DNA of 64,000 nucleotides, taken from Sporopachydermia quercuum. Its lineage: Eukaryota. Shown here piece after piece: positions 36,884 to 48,628 of the stretch (positions are counted from its first letter, which is position 1; each line of letters begins with the position of its first letter). The notes below the pieces were generated by a model, which ran no database searches, had not been told where the DNA came from, and saw only the letters and a list, made by a program, of their open reading frames with translations. Both the position numbers and the translations under genes were made by a program. Location of the stretch: positions 558,001-622,000 of the forward strand of contig BCGN01000009.1 in assembly GCA_001599295.1 (NCBI GenBank), read 5' to 3'.

Positions 36884-37335
36884 GCTACTCTGACTGATTA
36901 AGTGAAAAGAAAGGAAAGAAAGGGCAGCTACTGTTTGGTTCTGTATGTCCAGTTGATTTGAAAAACAAACGCCAACAGAAATCAGCATTTCGGTAGCTGA
37001 TAATACCACTGCCTTTGCTTAATTGTTGGAAGATAATGCCATTTACCGAAGAATATTATTTGTTGATTATAATATCTATCCTGTTCTATTTAGTTCTGGG
37101 GTACGCCCCTCAGTTGTCTTGCTTCATCTCTTCAACAACCACCATTAGCAATATCTTTAAAATTTATCTACCACCTACTATCACTGATCACATATTATAC
37201 ATTCATTAGCTTAAATACTGTAGTATATTCTATCCAGAGAATATTATCTTGCCCTAATCCTAAAAGTTACCATTACATTTTTCCGTCATAATCTCATGCT
37301 AATGATTAAACTATCACTACAGTTCTCATCAACTC

Positions 37336-38278
37336 CTATAAATCTATTCGCAACGCAACCCAGAAATCCGATACTATCTTCCTCTTAGAATTCATCACAA
37401 CAGGGTTAAACCCAATCCAATGAAAATCGTTCATTATTCTTTTTAACTGGCTTACATTACGATCAACAAATACTAAAATACTTTCACAATGAAGAGAATC
37501 AATGGCAAGATCCAACAACGCGATAATCCTTTGCTTGAACCCGAACTTCCAATTAACTTTTGGTGTCTTATTCGATTTACCTGATATCTTCTCTTCCCCT
37601 TCAATCATTCCTTTAGTCAAGAATAGGTGAAGAACATCGTGTTCAATAAATCCTATCCATTCTTCATCACCATTATAATCAAACAGCTTGAAATAGCTCC
37701 TCAGCTCAAAGTTTGATGATCCGTGAATTCTCCTACAAAGAGAACTTGTTGATGTACTTGATTCCATTGAATATGATCTTACTTTTGATGATACTACCTC
37801 CTCTTTCTCTAGTCGATCAAAAAATGCATTTGATTCACTGAATATGCTAGTTTCAGCACTATAGCCAATGCTACTATAACTATTCTGTCGATACTCATTT
37901 ATGAATCCTTGCGTTGATTGACTTTCATAGCTGGAGATAACTTCCTCGCTATACTTAATACCTGTAATCGATATCCCTTGACTACAAAACCTCTCACATT
38001 TTATTGCCAGGTCTCTCGATGCCCTTTTTATATCGTCGATGTTGAGATGTGAATCTTTATGCATCATCGAAAAGGGTCTTTCAAGTTTCGTTTCAGGAGC
38101 GCCAATCTGCTGTTTGACCATCGCAACTGATATATTTGAACTCCTGAAAGGAGTCACTGTTATATGTGAAGCATGATGCTAATGTAGTCGATGAGGGTGA
38201 ATATTGTTTTACAGGATAGTTGTTGGTGAAATCTTCAACGTTATCATCACCGGTATTGTTTAGAAGTAAATCAGCCAT
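37336..38278 (-). CDS. OAZ1: Ornithine decarboxylase antizyme, made by +1 programmed ribosomal frameshift, about 313 aa
   Basis: ORF1 (38278-38093, 61 aa, LASC motif) ends TGG CGC TCC TGA. The +1 frame continues GAA ACG AAA... to the stop at 37336 and carries the antizyme domain FKQRIIALLDLAIDSLHCESILVFVDRN...FHWIGF. Confidence 0.93.
38092..38098 (-). other. +1 frameshift site UCC-UGA-A
   Basis: Plus-strand ttcagga (38092-38098) reads TCC TGA A on the minus strand, the canonical antizyme shift site. Confidence 0.92.
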
Positions 38279-40336
38279 TTTGATCTAGTTTTATAAAAAT
38301 ATTCTCTTTTTTCTTATTTCCCTATTATTNACTGCTGAGTGAGCTGCCGATATACGTCTTATTATGTGTTGTAAAACTCGATTGGATTGGAATTTACTAA
38401 CTTGATGATACAGTTTTGCTTTTGAGCAAAATATGATCTAGGTATTCAATTTTTCTTATGATTTCTTCATACGATCTATTTTGATATTTACTAGTTCACT
38501 ATTATCTATGCGAGTTGACTATCGTGCTTATCAATTCACTTACCGTTCATATCAGATTCTCCTGTTCTCGTTCACTGGTTTGTTGATGTAGAGAAGAAAA
38601 GAAACAAATGCCCACGAAGGTCTCGTGCGACCGAAAAGGATAAGGGTATTTTTCCCTTCTTTGGCGAGCGTTTTGTGTGAAGTTGGCGATGGGAAAGTAA
38701 GAGATTTAATAATGATTAGAGGTTAATTGAGTCAGATAACACAATTTGTTTTTTCTTTAATAAAAACACACCTTTCATCATAAATATATTAAATATAATA
38801 GGAAATGTTCCTATTTAAACAGCTATATTCGATGCAAAGATGAATAAATTGAGCTGAAATATGATAAGGTTTGGATAATATGCAATAAGATGTAGTTTAC
38901 GGCCATATTATTGCTCCTGCATGCTATCCTAGAATCTCTCATCTATTTGACATTTTAACAATCTTCATACGGAAAATACATCATAGCTTCTATAGCTAGT
39001 CAAATATGGGTAGTTTATCTCTTCTTATAGGTAAGTCGGCAAAACTAGAATAAATGAGACTTTTAGAAGTATGTCCTAGAATTTGAAAACTAAACCAAAA
39101 TGTGGTCCAATTGAAGCAAAAAGTCATTATGCAGCAATAATGCAAGATCTATACAGCTCTAAATAACTTTATTATGATAAGCATTATAAATGAGTTGAGT
39201 AGAAGAAGAGGAAGAAATGGCGATCTGATACATCCAGAATTGTAATCAAAAGGTTATATTGATGAATAATATCCAGATATTGATCTATCTATTGAGTGGA
39301 ATCATAAATGAGAATAACTGCTAGTTGATTTGGTTGATAGTTTGAGCGCGAAACCATTTAGTTAGCAGGAACTCAATCGATAAGAGTCGTTCATATAAAA
39401 GATAGATTTCTCATGAATTCATAAATTGAAAAGAAAACCTTCTGAGAACAAATACTAATAAATATAATCCGGTGTTAAATACTTTTTAAAAGGATTTATA
39501 TTAACATAGTCCGATTCTATATAATCCTTCCTCTACTCGATCTGGTCTCGCTACTTGCATACTGAGATGAGAAAGCTCAGTTTTTCATCTGCGTTCACCA
39601 TTTGGTGTAGATGCTTCAACTAACAACAGCACTCACAGCTTAAACTAGTATTTGATCCAACCAAATCGGCAGATCGTCATAGCATTTTCGAAATTCTTTG
39701 TTTTAATTCCCTATAACCGTCAGTCTACGAGCTCAGATTGCCTTGTGTTTTTGATGGTTGGCGATTTCTTCCAGCCACTTCATTTGGCTAATTATTGCTG
39801 AATCTTAAGGCAGCAGCAGTAACGATGGTAACCACAGGCGCAAATGGAGTCATATAAATTTATTCCAAATTAAGATGCGCAGTTTGCAAGTAAATTTATC
39901 GAACAGTTATTGTTCAAATGATATCTAGTGACAATCAAACAGCAGATCAGCTCAAGAAGAATTCTGCTTAGTGTGTATCCACCTTTGCATCAACTTACAT
40001 ACTACAACTTCTACCAAATATAGCAATTCATATGGCTCGTCGTATTCAACTAAACAATTATCTGATTTAATACCAATATTCTCCAAAATCTAACAGGAGT
40101 CCCTTAATTTCTCCTCGTACTCTTCCATCAATAAAACTAGCCAATTATCTCACTATTATACATCAACAACCCAACTCTTCTCATAAGTTTCCCATTTCAT
40201 ATTCAATTTACAATTTACAACCTACAGTCTCATTATAAGATACCTGTTCTATCCTGTATTTTTCTGTATTTTATAAATATTATCTGATACTACTGAAGGC
40301 CATCTCTATTTATTCAATTTTTACTATTCCATCGTA

Positions 40337-40372
40337 ATCTCGATCTCGATCTCGATCTCGATCTCAATCTCT
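40337..40372. repeat. (ATCTCG)4 plus two degenerate units
   Basis: Read directly in the OAZ1-ASH1 intergenic region. Confidence 0.85.
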
Positions 40373-41416
40373 ATATCTCCGCCCACCAATATCATCGTAT
40401 CATTCCTTCTTCTTCTATCATCATGAAACAAGAAGCCATCGGATAATTATCTAGAATAAAGCTTATTTCTATTATGCACACACTAGCATACATTATCCTG
40501 TCCTGATTTGTTCAGATCAAAGCTCTTTGAGGAAATTATCCATTAAACCTCAGAAAGGTAATGGCTGGTCATCCGATTGGGAACTTTTCTCTAAACTCTA
40601 TTAGCTTGTACTAACTCAATCAATCATCAAAACTTAATTCAGTCATTTTTTAACTTGATTGATCTCACCTGCCATCTTTAATTATGAGATGATTGAATTG
40701 GCCAGAAAACCAGCTAAATGGATCAAATAAGTATTGAATTGAATAAATAGAAAGATGGTTCTTGATTTCATTTTGAATTGGTTTTTACTTCTTTCTTTCA
40801 TTCTTTCTACTTGAAAGTTGTTTTGCTTTTTCTTTGTCTTGTTGGAATGAAGTATTTACTCGGGATCACATCATAGTAAAGTGAAGAGCAACAGGTTTGC
40901 ATAGCATTCTCAATCAAAGGAAGAAGAAATCGTATCAGATCAAATCAAACTAAGTCTAGCAACGGATAAAAGGCTCTCTGGCTTTCAAACAACAAAACAG
41001 ATTTCTACTTACACTGTTTTCAAATTCGCATTTAAGGAAATTCCAACTCATTGTCTTTCGTTTACTTCTCATCACCATTTCAAACAAGAAAGCAAGATCA
41101 ACGATTCGATCAAGCTTTGTTAGAAATTCCTAGTTCAGTCAATCAACTTACTTCATTCATTAATTGAACTAAGATATTCCAGTAAAATATTATCGGTGAC
41201 GTTCATACAACTTACAGAGCTCAGGGCCAAACCAACGTTAATTCACATAATTATACAAGAACTCACAACTGTTCTGGTTGAGTTATAGTTACCATTACTG
41301 AATTTTCTTCAGCTTAATAGATATCGTGGGGAGACGACTGGTGATTGAAATACTAATCACAAACATTTCCACTCGGTTCAATAAAGTTCTGTTCTACTGT
41401 TCCTATTTCTCATATT

Positions 41417-42949
41417 ATGTTCAGTTCTGAGAACGATAAGGCCCTTAACAAAACGAAATCAATGGCAACTGTATCTCTTCCTGCTTTGGCAACATCATTT
41501 ATGCCTTCATCTATGATCCTGTCAAGATCTAACCAACGTCATAATCAACATCATAATCATAATCATAACTATTCGCACACTGAGCAACGAAATCACCATC
41601 AAATAAATCAGTCTCATCCTGGATATAGCTTGAAGAAAAGTAATTCAGAGTCTCAATCTCAATCAACTAATTCTTCCCCACGTTTGATACCTTCTGAAGA
41701 AATGACCTCGATAGTCTCTTCGAATAAACAGCTAGCAACGTCTTTATTAGACGAAGACGCAGCTATTAATACCACAACCACTAAACCTGCTGTTATCTAT
41801 AATGAAAATGGGATTGTATCAACAAAGAAAAATTCCGAAATGGTAGAAGAACATGCAGTCGTTTCTGATAACGAACAAGATCCTAAACCGTTGGACGAAA
41901 AGCAGCAAAAATTGGAAAGTACCAAGTTATTCTGGCAAAACTGGACTTACATTTCAACTGTGAATCAAACTCGTCGTCCTATAAATAGGAATTTTGTTCC
42001 CCGTGAATCTAATACAAGATCCACTCCAAGCACATCTCCTTCTCCTAGTTCCTTACCAGGATCAGAAGATGCAGAGCTGGCACCTTTTTCAATGCTTTAC
42101 CCTGATACAGCTCCTGGTGATATATGGAGGCCAGAACTTGAAGCCTGGGCAATGAGATCTCATCCTGCCACTTTCAAGACTATCAAAGCTATTCCGGGAT
42201 CAACAGAAGACAAACCCGATCTTGGGAACTTCAAGAACTTGAAACGAAGAAGAACTGAAGAAACCAACAGTGAATATAGCTTTTCTCCTAGTGCCAAGAG
42301 ACAAGCATTGGGTTTGATAGATCCACTGAGAAGAAAGTCATGGACGGCTCATGACAAGAATAATACATCCAAGGTTATGTTTTTGCTTAATGAAGAAGAC
42401 AAGCAATCTGTAGGTAGCAATGGAGGTTCAAGCACTGTTAATATAGCGAATTCTGCAATAGATATGGGCAATTCTGGTAGCACTCCTCCTCATTCACCAA
42501 AGAGCAACGATGTTGATGTACACTATACACCTGGTAAGAACTATACGTATTACATTCCTTACCGGGCAAAGATCAATCGTCCTGGTAAAGCAGAAGAAGA
42601 CGGTTCAACGGAGACAACATCACCAAAGATGAAAACACCCAAATCTCCTAAATCTCCCAAATGTCCAAAATCTCCTTCAGGAAGAAAGTGTGCTTCTTGT
42701 GGTTCTGACCAATCGCCTTGTTGGAGACCATCTTGGTCCATAGCTGCTGGACAGTTATGTAACAGCTGTGGTCTTCGTTATAAGAAAACTGGTGCCAGAT
42801 GTATGAATGAGAAATGCTTAAAGATTCCCGCTAAAGGTGAATGGAGCCTAATGAATACAAGGGGGAAGGTGCTAATCAGAGATAATCATTATGGTTTGGT
42901 GTGCCTGCATTGTGGAAGTGAAGTTGAAGTTCAGCAGCGGAAACAATGA
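41417..42949 (+). CDS. ASH1: GATA-like zinc-finger transcription factor Ash1, 510 aa
   Basis: [16 protein letters not shown]...[16 protein letters not shown]...CLKIPAKGE is Ash1-type. Followed by SPE1 and LOT5, as in S. cerevisiae. Confidence 0.88.
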   Translation: MFSSENDKALNKTKSMATVSLPALATSFMPSSMILSRSNQRHNQHHNHNHNYSHTEQRNHHQINQSHPGYSLKKSNSESQSQSTNSSPRLIPSEEMTSIVSSNKQLATSLLDEDAAINTTTTKPAVIYNENGIVSTKKNSEMVEEHAVVSDNEQDPKPLDEKQQKLESTKLFWQNWTYISTVNQTRRPINRNFVPRESNTRSTPSTSPSPSSLPGSEDAELAPFSMLYPDTAPGDIWRPELEAWAMRSHPATFKTIKAIPGSTEDKPDLGNFKNLKRRRTEETNSEYSFSPSAKRQALGLIDPLRRKSWTAHDKNNTSKVMFLLNEEDKQSVGSNGGSSTVNIANSAIDMGNSGSTPPHSPKSNDVDVHYTPGKNYTYYIPYRAKINRPGKAEEDGSTETTSPKMKTPKSPKSPKCPKSPSGRKCASCGSDQSPCWRPSWSIAAGQLCNSCGLRYKKTGARCMNEKCLKIPAKGEWSLMNTRGKVLIRDNHYGLVCLHCGSEVEVQQRKQ

Positions 42950-44478
42950 TAGGCACCAGTACCGCGTACAGCTTTGATAGGATATGATAAGTACAATGAA
43001 TATTCGGGTGATGATGAATTATATCAGGGATACTCTTCTTGGTATTAAGATGGTGATATGAAGATTAATAGTGGGTTCTAAGTGATATAAAGTTTTGGTA
43101 TTGGATAGGATTGCTGGTTGGTATTAACGACAAGGATAAATGGTTGGTTTTACTATTGGTTTTTTTCGAATGTTTTTTTTTTCTTTTTATTTCTTTTTAT
43201 TTCTTGTATAACTTTTAGTCTATAGTAAACTCAAACGAATAGTTTGAAGAAATTTCAATATAATTCGATATTTTCTAATTTACGACGAGTTTTTATCTCA
43301 AGTAGTTGACGAATGGATGAGCCGAAGGTATGATGGATGTTTTATGATAGCTTCTTTTGTTTGCTAAGTGGCCATATGGTGATAGGAAATTTACATGGCA
43401 TCTAACCGATTCACTTAGACATAACATGGATCGTGACCTAGCTATTTTTCACTTGCCTATTGAAGAAAACCATATATAGATCTCGTTTATCTAAATAAAG
43501 TGTCAACTACGAATGTACTATATGATGCAAACTTCCATCGTCCAGAGCCTTTCCATTTCTTCATATGGTTACAATGAAAGTGATAGTCATCAGAATGTAC
43601 CTGCCATAGCGAGAGCGCTGAGCAATTGGCAAAAACGTAGTCAACGTCAAACACTAGCTACCCCGTCCAAACAACAAAATATGATTCAAATCAACATCTT
43701 CAATTTGAAAATATTTTCATTCCGGTTTCCTTCTGTTNCTTTATCCTCCTTTTCTTTCGATTATATCGTTTCTATTCGTTTGATGAATCATGTCACAGTC
43801 GAGTAACGATAAGCGTGCATAAACATATACATATGTATGATGTAATCATCTAAATCCTATCTTGCATATTCCCCCTATATTTTGTTCTGGGCTCTCAACT
43901 TTCCTTAGCATTCTATTCCTGATACGGCAGTTTCTCTCTGTAACAAGCAATAGATACCTGATATGGAAATAAAAAAGGTTTTCTTGTATGGAGTTTCCTT
44001 TTACAGAGTGAAAAATTCAATCATTTTCTGCTAGCAAAAAATGAGAGGATGAAAAGAATAATGAAAAGAAGAAAAGTTCTTTATGTCATAGGATCAAAAC
44101 CAGAGGGGACTTCTCTTTTCTTCCTTTTGTTCATGAATACACAAGAGAACACTGACATTTTTGATTTAGAGAATCATAATACAGATCGAATAATTCACGG
44201 AGTACAAGATTCATTTTAAGTCTTTCAACTTGAAGGTTTGACATTTAGTACGAGAGCTGCCGCTTGAAGTCCGCTATATTCTTGCTTTCCTCTGGGGTTA
44301 GGGGAAAACAAGAGCAATAGGTTGAAATTGCCAAGTTTCGATAGATTATTGAACTGTAGATTAACTGTTGAAGAATTGAATCATTTTGATCGGTGAAAAA
44401 CTGCTTGAATTAAGCTAGAAAAAGGATTGGTTACAATTGATAGACTTCGTCTATAAAGAGGACCAACAAGAAACTAGA

Positions 44479-45915
44479 ATGGCTCCTCATATATCAGAAA
44501 TTAATAATGAAGTAGAATCATTTGATCATGGATCTCGATTTGATTATTTGATTAATGAGAAAGAGTTATCCTTAGGGCAAAAATCTCTGTTACCCTTACT
44601 TGAGAAATTTACTGTTGATCATAGCAGAATACAAGCTAAATCAAATGAAGAGATTGCCAAGGAGAATTATGCTAAGTTATTAATTGGAAATGCATTAGAA
44701 AATCACATTAAATGTATTGATGCAGAAACTTGCGACGCTTCTGAAGAAGATTCCTTTTTCGTTGCCGATTTGGGTGAAGTATACCGTCTTTTTCTTCGAT
44801 GGAAAAAGTTGTTACCAAGAGTTCAACCATTCTATGCAGTGAAATGCAACCCTGACCCAGTTGTATTGTCCTTACTTAGTTCTTTAGGTACTGGATTCGA
44901 TTGTGCTTCAAAGAACGAAATCGATCGCGTATTGAAACTTGGTGTGGATCCTACGAGAATCGTTTATGCCAACCCCTGTAAAGTTGCCAGTTATATCAGA
45001 TATGCTGCTTCAAAGCAAGTGTCATTAATGACCTTTGACAATGCTGATGAATTATACAAACTTAGAAAGTATTATCCTGATGCAAGATTATTGCTCAGAA
45101 TCTCAACCGATGACTCTGAAGCTCAATGTCAATTGTCTAACAAGTATGGTGCTTCTTTATATGCTGGTAGTCAACTTTTGGAACTTGCTAAAGCTCTTGA
45201 CTTATCAGTTGTTGGTTGCTCTTTCCATGTCGGCTCAGGAGCTACTTCTTTGGAACCATGGCAAAAAGCTATTCGCGATTGTCACGAGATCTTCGAATTA
45301 GGAAAGAGACTTGGTTTTGATATGAACCTATTGGATATTGGTGGAGGATTTGTTGCTTCCAGCTTTTCAGAGGTTGCACAGTTTGTAAGCCCCTTCCTTG
45401 ATCATTATTTCCCTGAAGAGTCCAATGTTTCTATTATTGCCGAGCCTGGTCGTTATTTTGTTGCTGATGGTTTCACAATGGCTTCTCATGTCATTGCTAA
45501 GCGTGACGTTGACGATGCGTCCAACAGAAGCATGATCTATCTCAACGATGGTGTGTATAAGAACTTGAATTGTATCTTATTTGATCATCAAGTTCCTGTA
45601 CCAAAAGTTCTAACCTACAACGGTGAATTCAAATACTTTGAATCTGAATCACTTCATGAACAAAACATGAATTCCACTGATGGCGTTGGCTCTTATACCT
45701 GTTCTATCTGGGGTCCAACCTGTGACGGTTTGGATTGTATTTCAAAATCTTGTAAATTGACTTATTCCTTACAAGCTGGAGATTGGATGTATTTCTCTAA
45801 TTTGGGTGCTTATACTTGTGCTGCTACCACACAGTTTAATGGTTTTGAAGGTGAATGTGGTATCATTTATGTCTGTTCTGAACCAGGCATTGCGAAAGAT
45901 TTGAATTTGAATTGA
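44479..45915 (+). CDS. SPE1: Ornithine decarboxylase, 478 aa
   Basis: PLP lysine FYAVKCN, FDCAS, FHVGSG, AEPGRYF, WGPTCDGLD, GAYT. First ATG at 44479. Confidence 0.97.
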   Translation: MAPHISEINNEVESFDHGSRFDYLINEKELSLGQKSLLPLLEKFTVDHSRIQAKSNEEIAKENYAKLLIGNALENHIKCIDAETCDASEEDSFFVADLGEVYRLFLRWKKLLPRVQPFYAVKCNPDPVVLSLLSSLGTGFDCASKNEIDRVLKLGVDPTRIVYANPCKVASYIRYAASKQVSLMTFDNADELYKLRKYYPDARLLLRISTDDSEAQCQLSNKYGASLYAGSQLLELAKALDLSVVGCSFHVGSGATSLEPWQKAIRDCHEIFELGKRLGFDMNLLDIGGGFVASSFSEVAQFVSPFLDHYFPEESNVSIIAEPGRYFVADGFTMASHVIAKRDVDDASNRSMIYLNDGVYKNLNCILFDHQVPVPKVLTYNGEFKYFESESLHEQNMNSTDGVGSYTCSIWGPTCDGLDCISKSCKLTYSLQAGDWMYFSNLGAYTCAATTQFNGFEGECGIIYVCSEPGIAKDLNLN

Positions 45916-47177
45916 TTGTTCTTGTCAGTTATCATGAGTCTTTCATTTTGTCTTCCGTCACTTACTCTTCAATTATTTCTAGTGGATCTAAAACTAGAAA
46001 TTTTGATATAATATTATTTGTCTTAATGTAATTTTGAATTTGGTTCTTAAACCTGAGTTTTTCCTGTCGTATTTCGTAGCTATAACATAGACATTCGTTT
46101 TGAGGATTTGATGATAATATAAAGACATCTACGCATTGTAGCATAGGCTCTTTGATAGTAGAAGTTTTTGTTCTTAAACGCAGAATAAGCAACGCAAAAA
46201 CTATATAACATCGGTGATAAACAGGTATGCAAACGTTCGAGATTATCAGATCAAAGGTTCCTTGGTGCTTGTATGTATGTTGACGCTTCTTATTAAAGCA
46301 TGGCAACCAATGCCTAGGACTATAGAATTCCCAGTTATTTTCCTTATTTTCCATAAATCAGACAATACATNATCAAATGGAATAGTAACTACCTTGCTCT
46401 AAGACCACAGATACAATCAACATTGTGAAGGTAAATATGTGCCCACTATGGGCTATCAAATTATAGTTATAACATCTTTGTCTCAGATCATTAACTTCTC
46501 CCTTCTATCGTGATTATCAATTGTTCAATAAGCAGAAGCCTTATCAAGCATCTCAGCAGAATATCTCTACGTTTAGTATCTCCTTTTCGGCTGCGGNCAT
46601 TCAATCATTGTTGCCTATCAAAATACATTCAAGTACCATTTTATTCAATACCAGCATATTAAATAATGGCTTCCCAGCTTTTGTTTCTATACTTTCAATT
46701 AATGCTAGTGTAACAGCGGTGGATCAACACTTTCTTCGTTTTACGTTTTGTGTTAGCTCCAAGATTTATTTGTAACACCTACTTTAGATGAATCATAATC
46801 AAAAAAAANNTTCTTTTTTTTTCTTCTTTGGATCCACAAATTAACACACNTTGCAACGGACTAATATATGTGCTTACAAGCGTATCACAATGTATGATGA
46901 AAGAAAAAAGACATTTNGTAATATACATAACGCAAGTAGTTATAGGACAAAGGAATGAGAGAAGAAAGGAAAACTATCAGTAGGGAATAACCAAATATAC
47001 AGTATCTGCTCGGTCAATTTCTTTCTATTCAAGCTTTAATCGATTCATTGTAATTGATGGTAAGGAAACACAACTTGCGAAGGTCAATTTTAATCGTTTC
47101 AGCCAGCTCTTTGAAGACTCGTAATACGAAGTTAAAAGAGCACTCACTATTAGCTGTTTGCTAATAAGAATACGGCC

Positions 47178-48425
47178 ATGAACTTACCTTCTTTGATCAA
47201 AACCGACCCTTTACTGCATGAAAGNATTAACCAAGATGTGGCAAAAACAGAAGCATTGTTTCCAAGCGCGGAAACCGTAAGAACGTCTTCCCCTTCAAAC
47301 AGCAGAATCAACACTAGTACTACAACAGCTATAGCTACCACATCTACTGATACTGATAAATCGGTATCAGCTGCGACAACTGATACGCAGATTACGCCTA
47401 TAGATTCTGCATGTTATGAAATAGACGAGGACCAGATAGTTGAATCAATAAGCGGCAAAGCATGTTTTTCTAGTCTACTCGCAACAAGGATAGCAACCAA
47501 GCTCAAATCCCATATAGGATCAAGCTATCAACCGGATATCAACTCAACAGTGCTATCAGTGACATTATGTATCTATAGACAGCACTTTTCATTATGGCTA
47601 TCTGATCTCAATATAGGGTTTTCTATTCCTTACAAATATTTACTTATGAGCGGAGTTGGAAGAACCGTTGATGACAACTCTATAGTTTCCTCTTGTATCT
47701 GCTTGCAATTGAAACCTGAGGGTATCTTACAGATGCTGCTACTTGACGATGAGGAACTCGAAGAAGATAAGTTTGCGTTACAACAAGCAAGTANGAATGA
47801 GCCAAANATACAAAAAGAGCTGGCAATCCCGAGTGCATTGAATAAACCAAAAGAAAGAATCAGGGATACCAGTGTTAGTGAAGGTGATCCCATTGAAAAG
47901 AACTTAATTCAAGAAGCTAGCATACTGACTACATTATCATATGAATCGAGTCTAAACGGAGAATCTTCTGGTGACTATCACGATGAGGATGATGAAACAG
48001 ATTTTCCATATGAAGAGAACCTCGATGTTGAGATTGACGAACTAGAAGCCTTTCTACAAGTATTGATTATTTCTGATGTTTATGGAACCGACAAAAGAGA
48101 GAACCCAGTTGATAATGACAATACGAAAGAGAAGGTATTGAAGGCTAATAGAAAGCTGAAACACCTCTATGAAACATTATCTAGATATTCTGCTCAAATA
48201 CCAGATTCTGGTAGTGACAGTGACTATGATGATGATTTTTTATGTGCAGACGACAGTGGTTTCAATTCTGGGGAAGCTGAGATCGAAATGAATGATGATT
48301 GCACTAAATTGGATGTACCAAAAGAACATGATCATTATACTTCTAGGAAAAGAATGNACCGGAGTAGTATTTCAGCTGAATTATACGAATACAAACCTTT
48401 CCAGAAATACTATAAAGGTGTCTGA
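47178..48425 (+). CDS. LOT5: Lot5/pICln-like protein, 415 aa
   Basis: IGFSIPYKYL and ICLQL blocks, acidic tracts, LYETLSRYSAQIPD helix. Directly after SPE1, as LOT5 is in S. cerevisiae. Confidence 0.65.
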   Translation: MNLPSLIKTDPLLHEXINQDVAKTEALFPSAETVRTSSPSNSRINTSTTTAIATTSTDTDKSVSAATTDTQITPIDSACYEIDEDQIVESISGKACFSSLLATRIATKLKSHIGSSYQPDINSTVLSVTLCIYRQHFSLWLSDLNIGFSIPYKYLLMSGVGRTVDDNSIVSSCICLQLKPEGILQMLLLDDEELEEDKFALQQASXNEPXIQKELAIPSALNKPKERIRDTSVSEGDPIEKNLIQEASILTTLSYESSLNGESSGDYHDEDDETDFPYEENLDVEIDELEAFLQVLIISDVYGTDKRENPVDNDNTKEKVLKANRKLKHLYETLSRYSAQIPDSGSDSDYDDDFLCADDSGFNSGEAEIEMNDDCTKLDVPKEHDHYTSRKRMXRSSISAELYEYKPFQKYYKGV

Positions 48426-48628
48426 CGTGAATCAAAATCATTATTATATTAATATATACATATATTATGGTTACACAACAGATACNTCTTCATCTACAAG
48501 CAAATCGTCTTGACAAATCCATGCTATTACACGTCTCGTCATCTCCTGGAATTAACACAACAGTATTTATTACCCAATTATAACCATATTATAACATAAT
48601 ATATTACTAGCCTTAGAACCATTAGTCT

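Noticed and set aside
37336..38157. Standalone 273-aa ORF from the track
   Set aside because: Non-ATG start; it is ORF2 of the frameshifted antizyme.
38396..38413. Plus-strand TACTAAC...CAG upstream of OAZ1
   Set aside because: Antisense to OAZ1 with no good donor or exon; probably chance.
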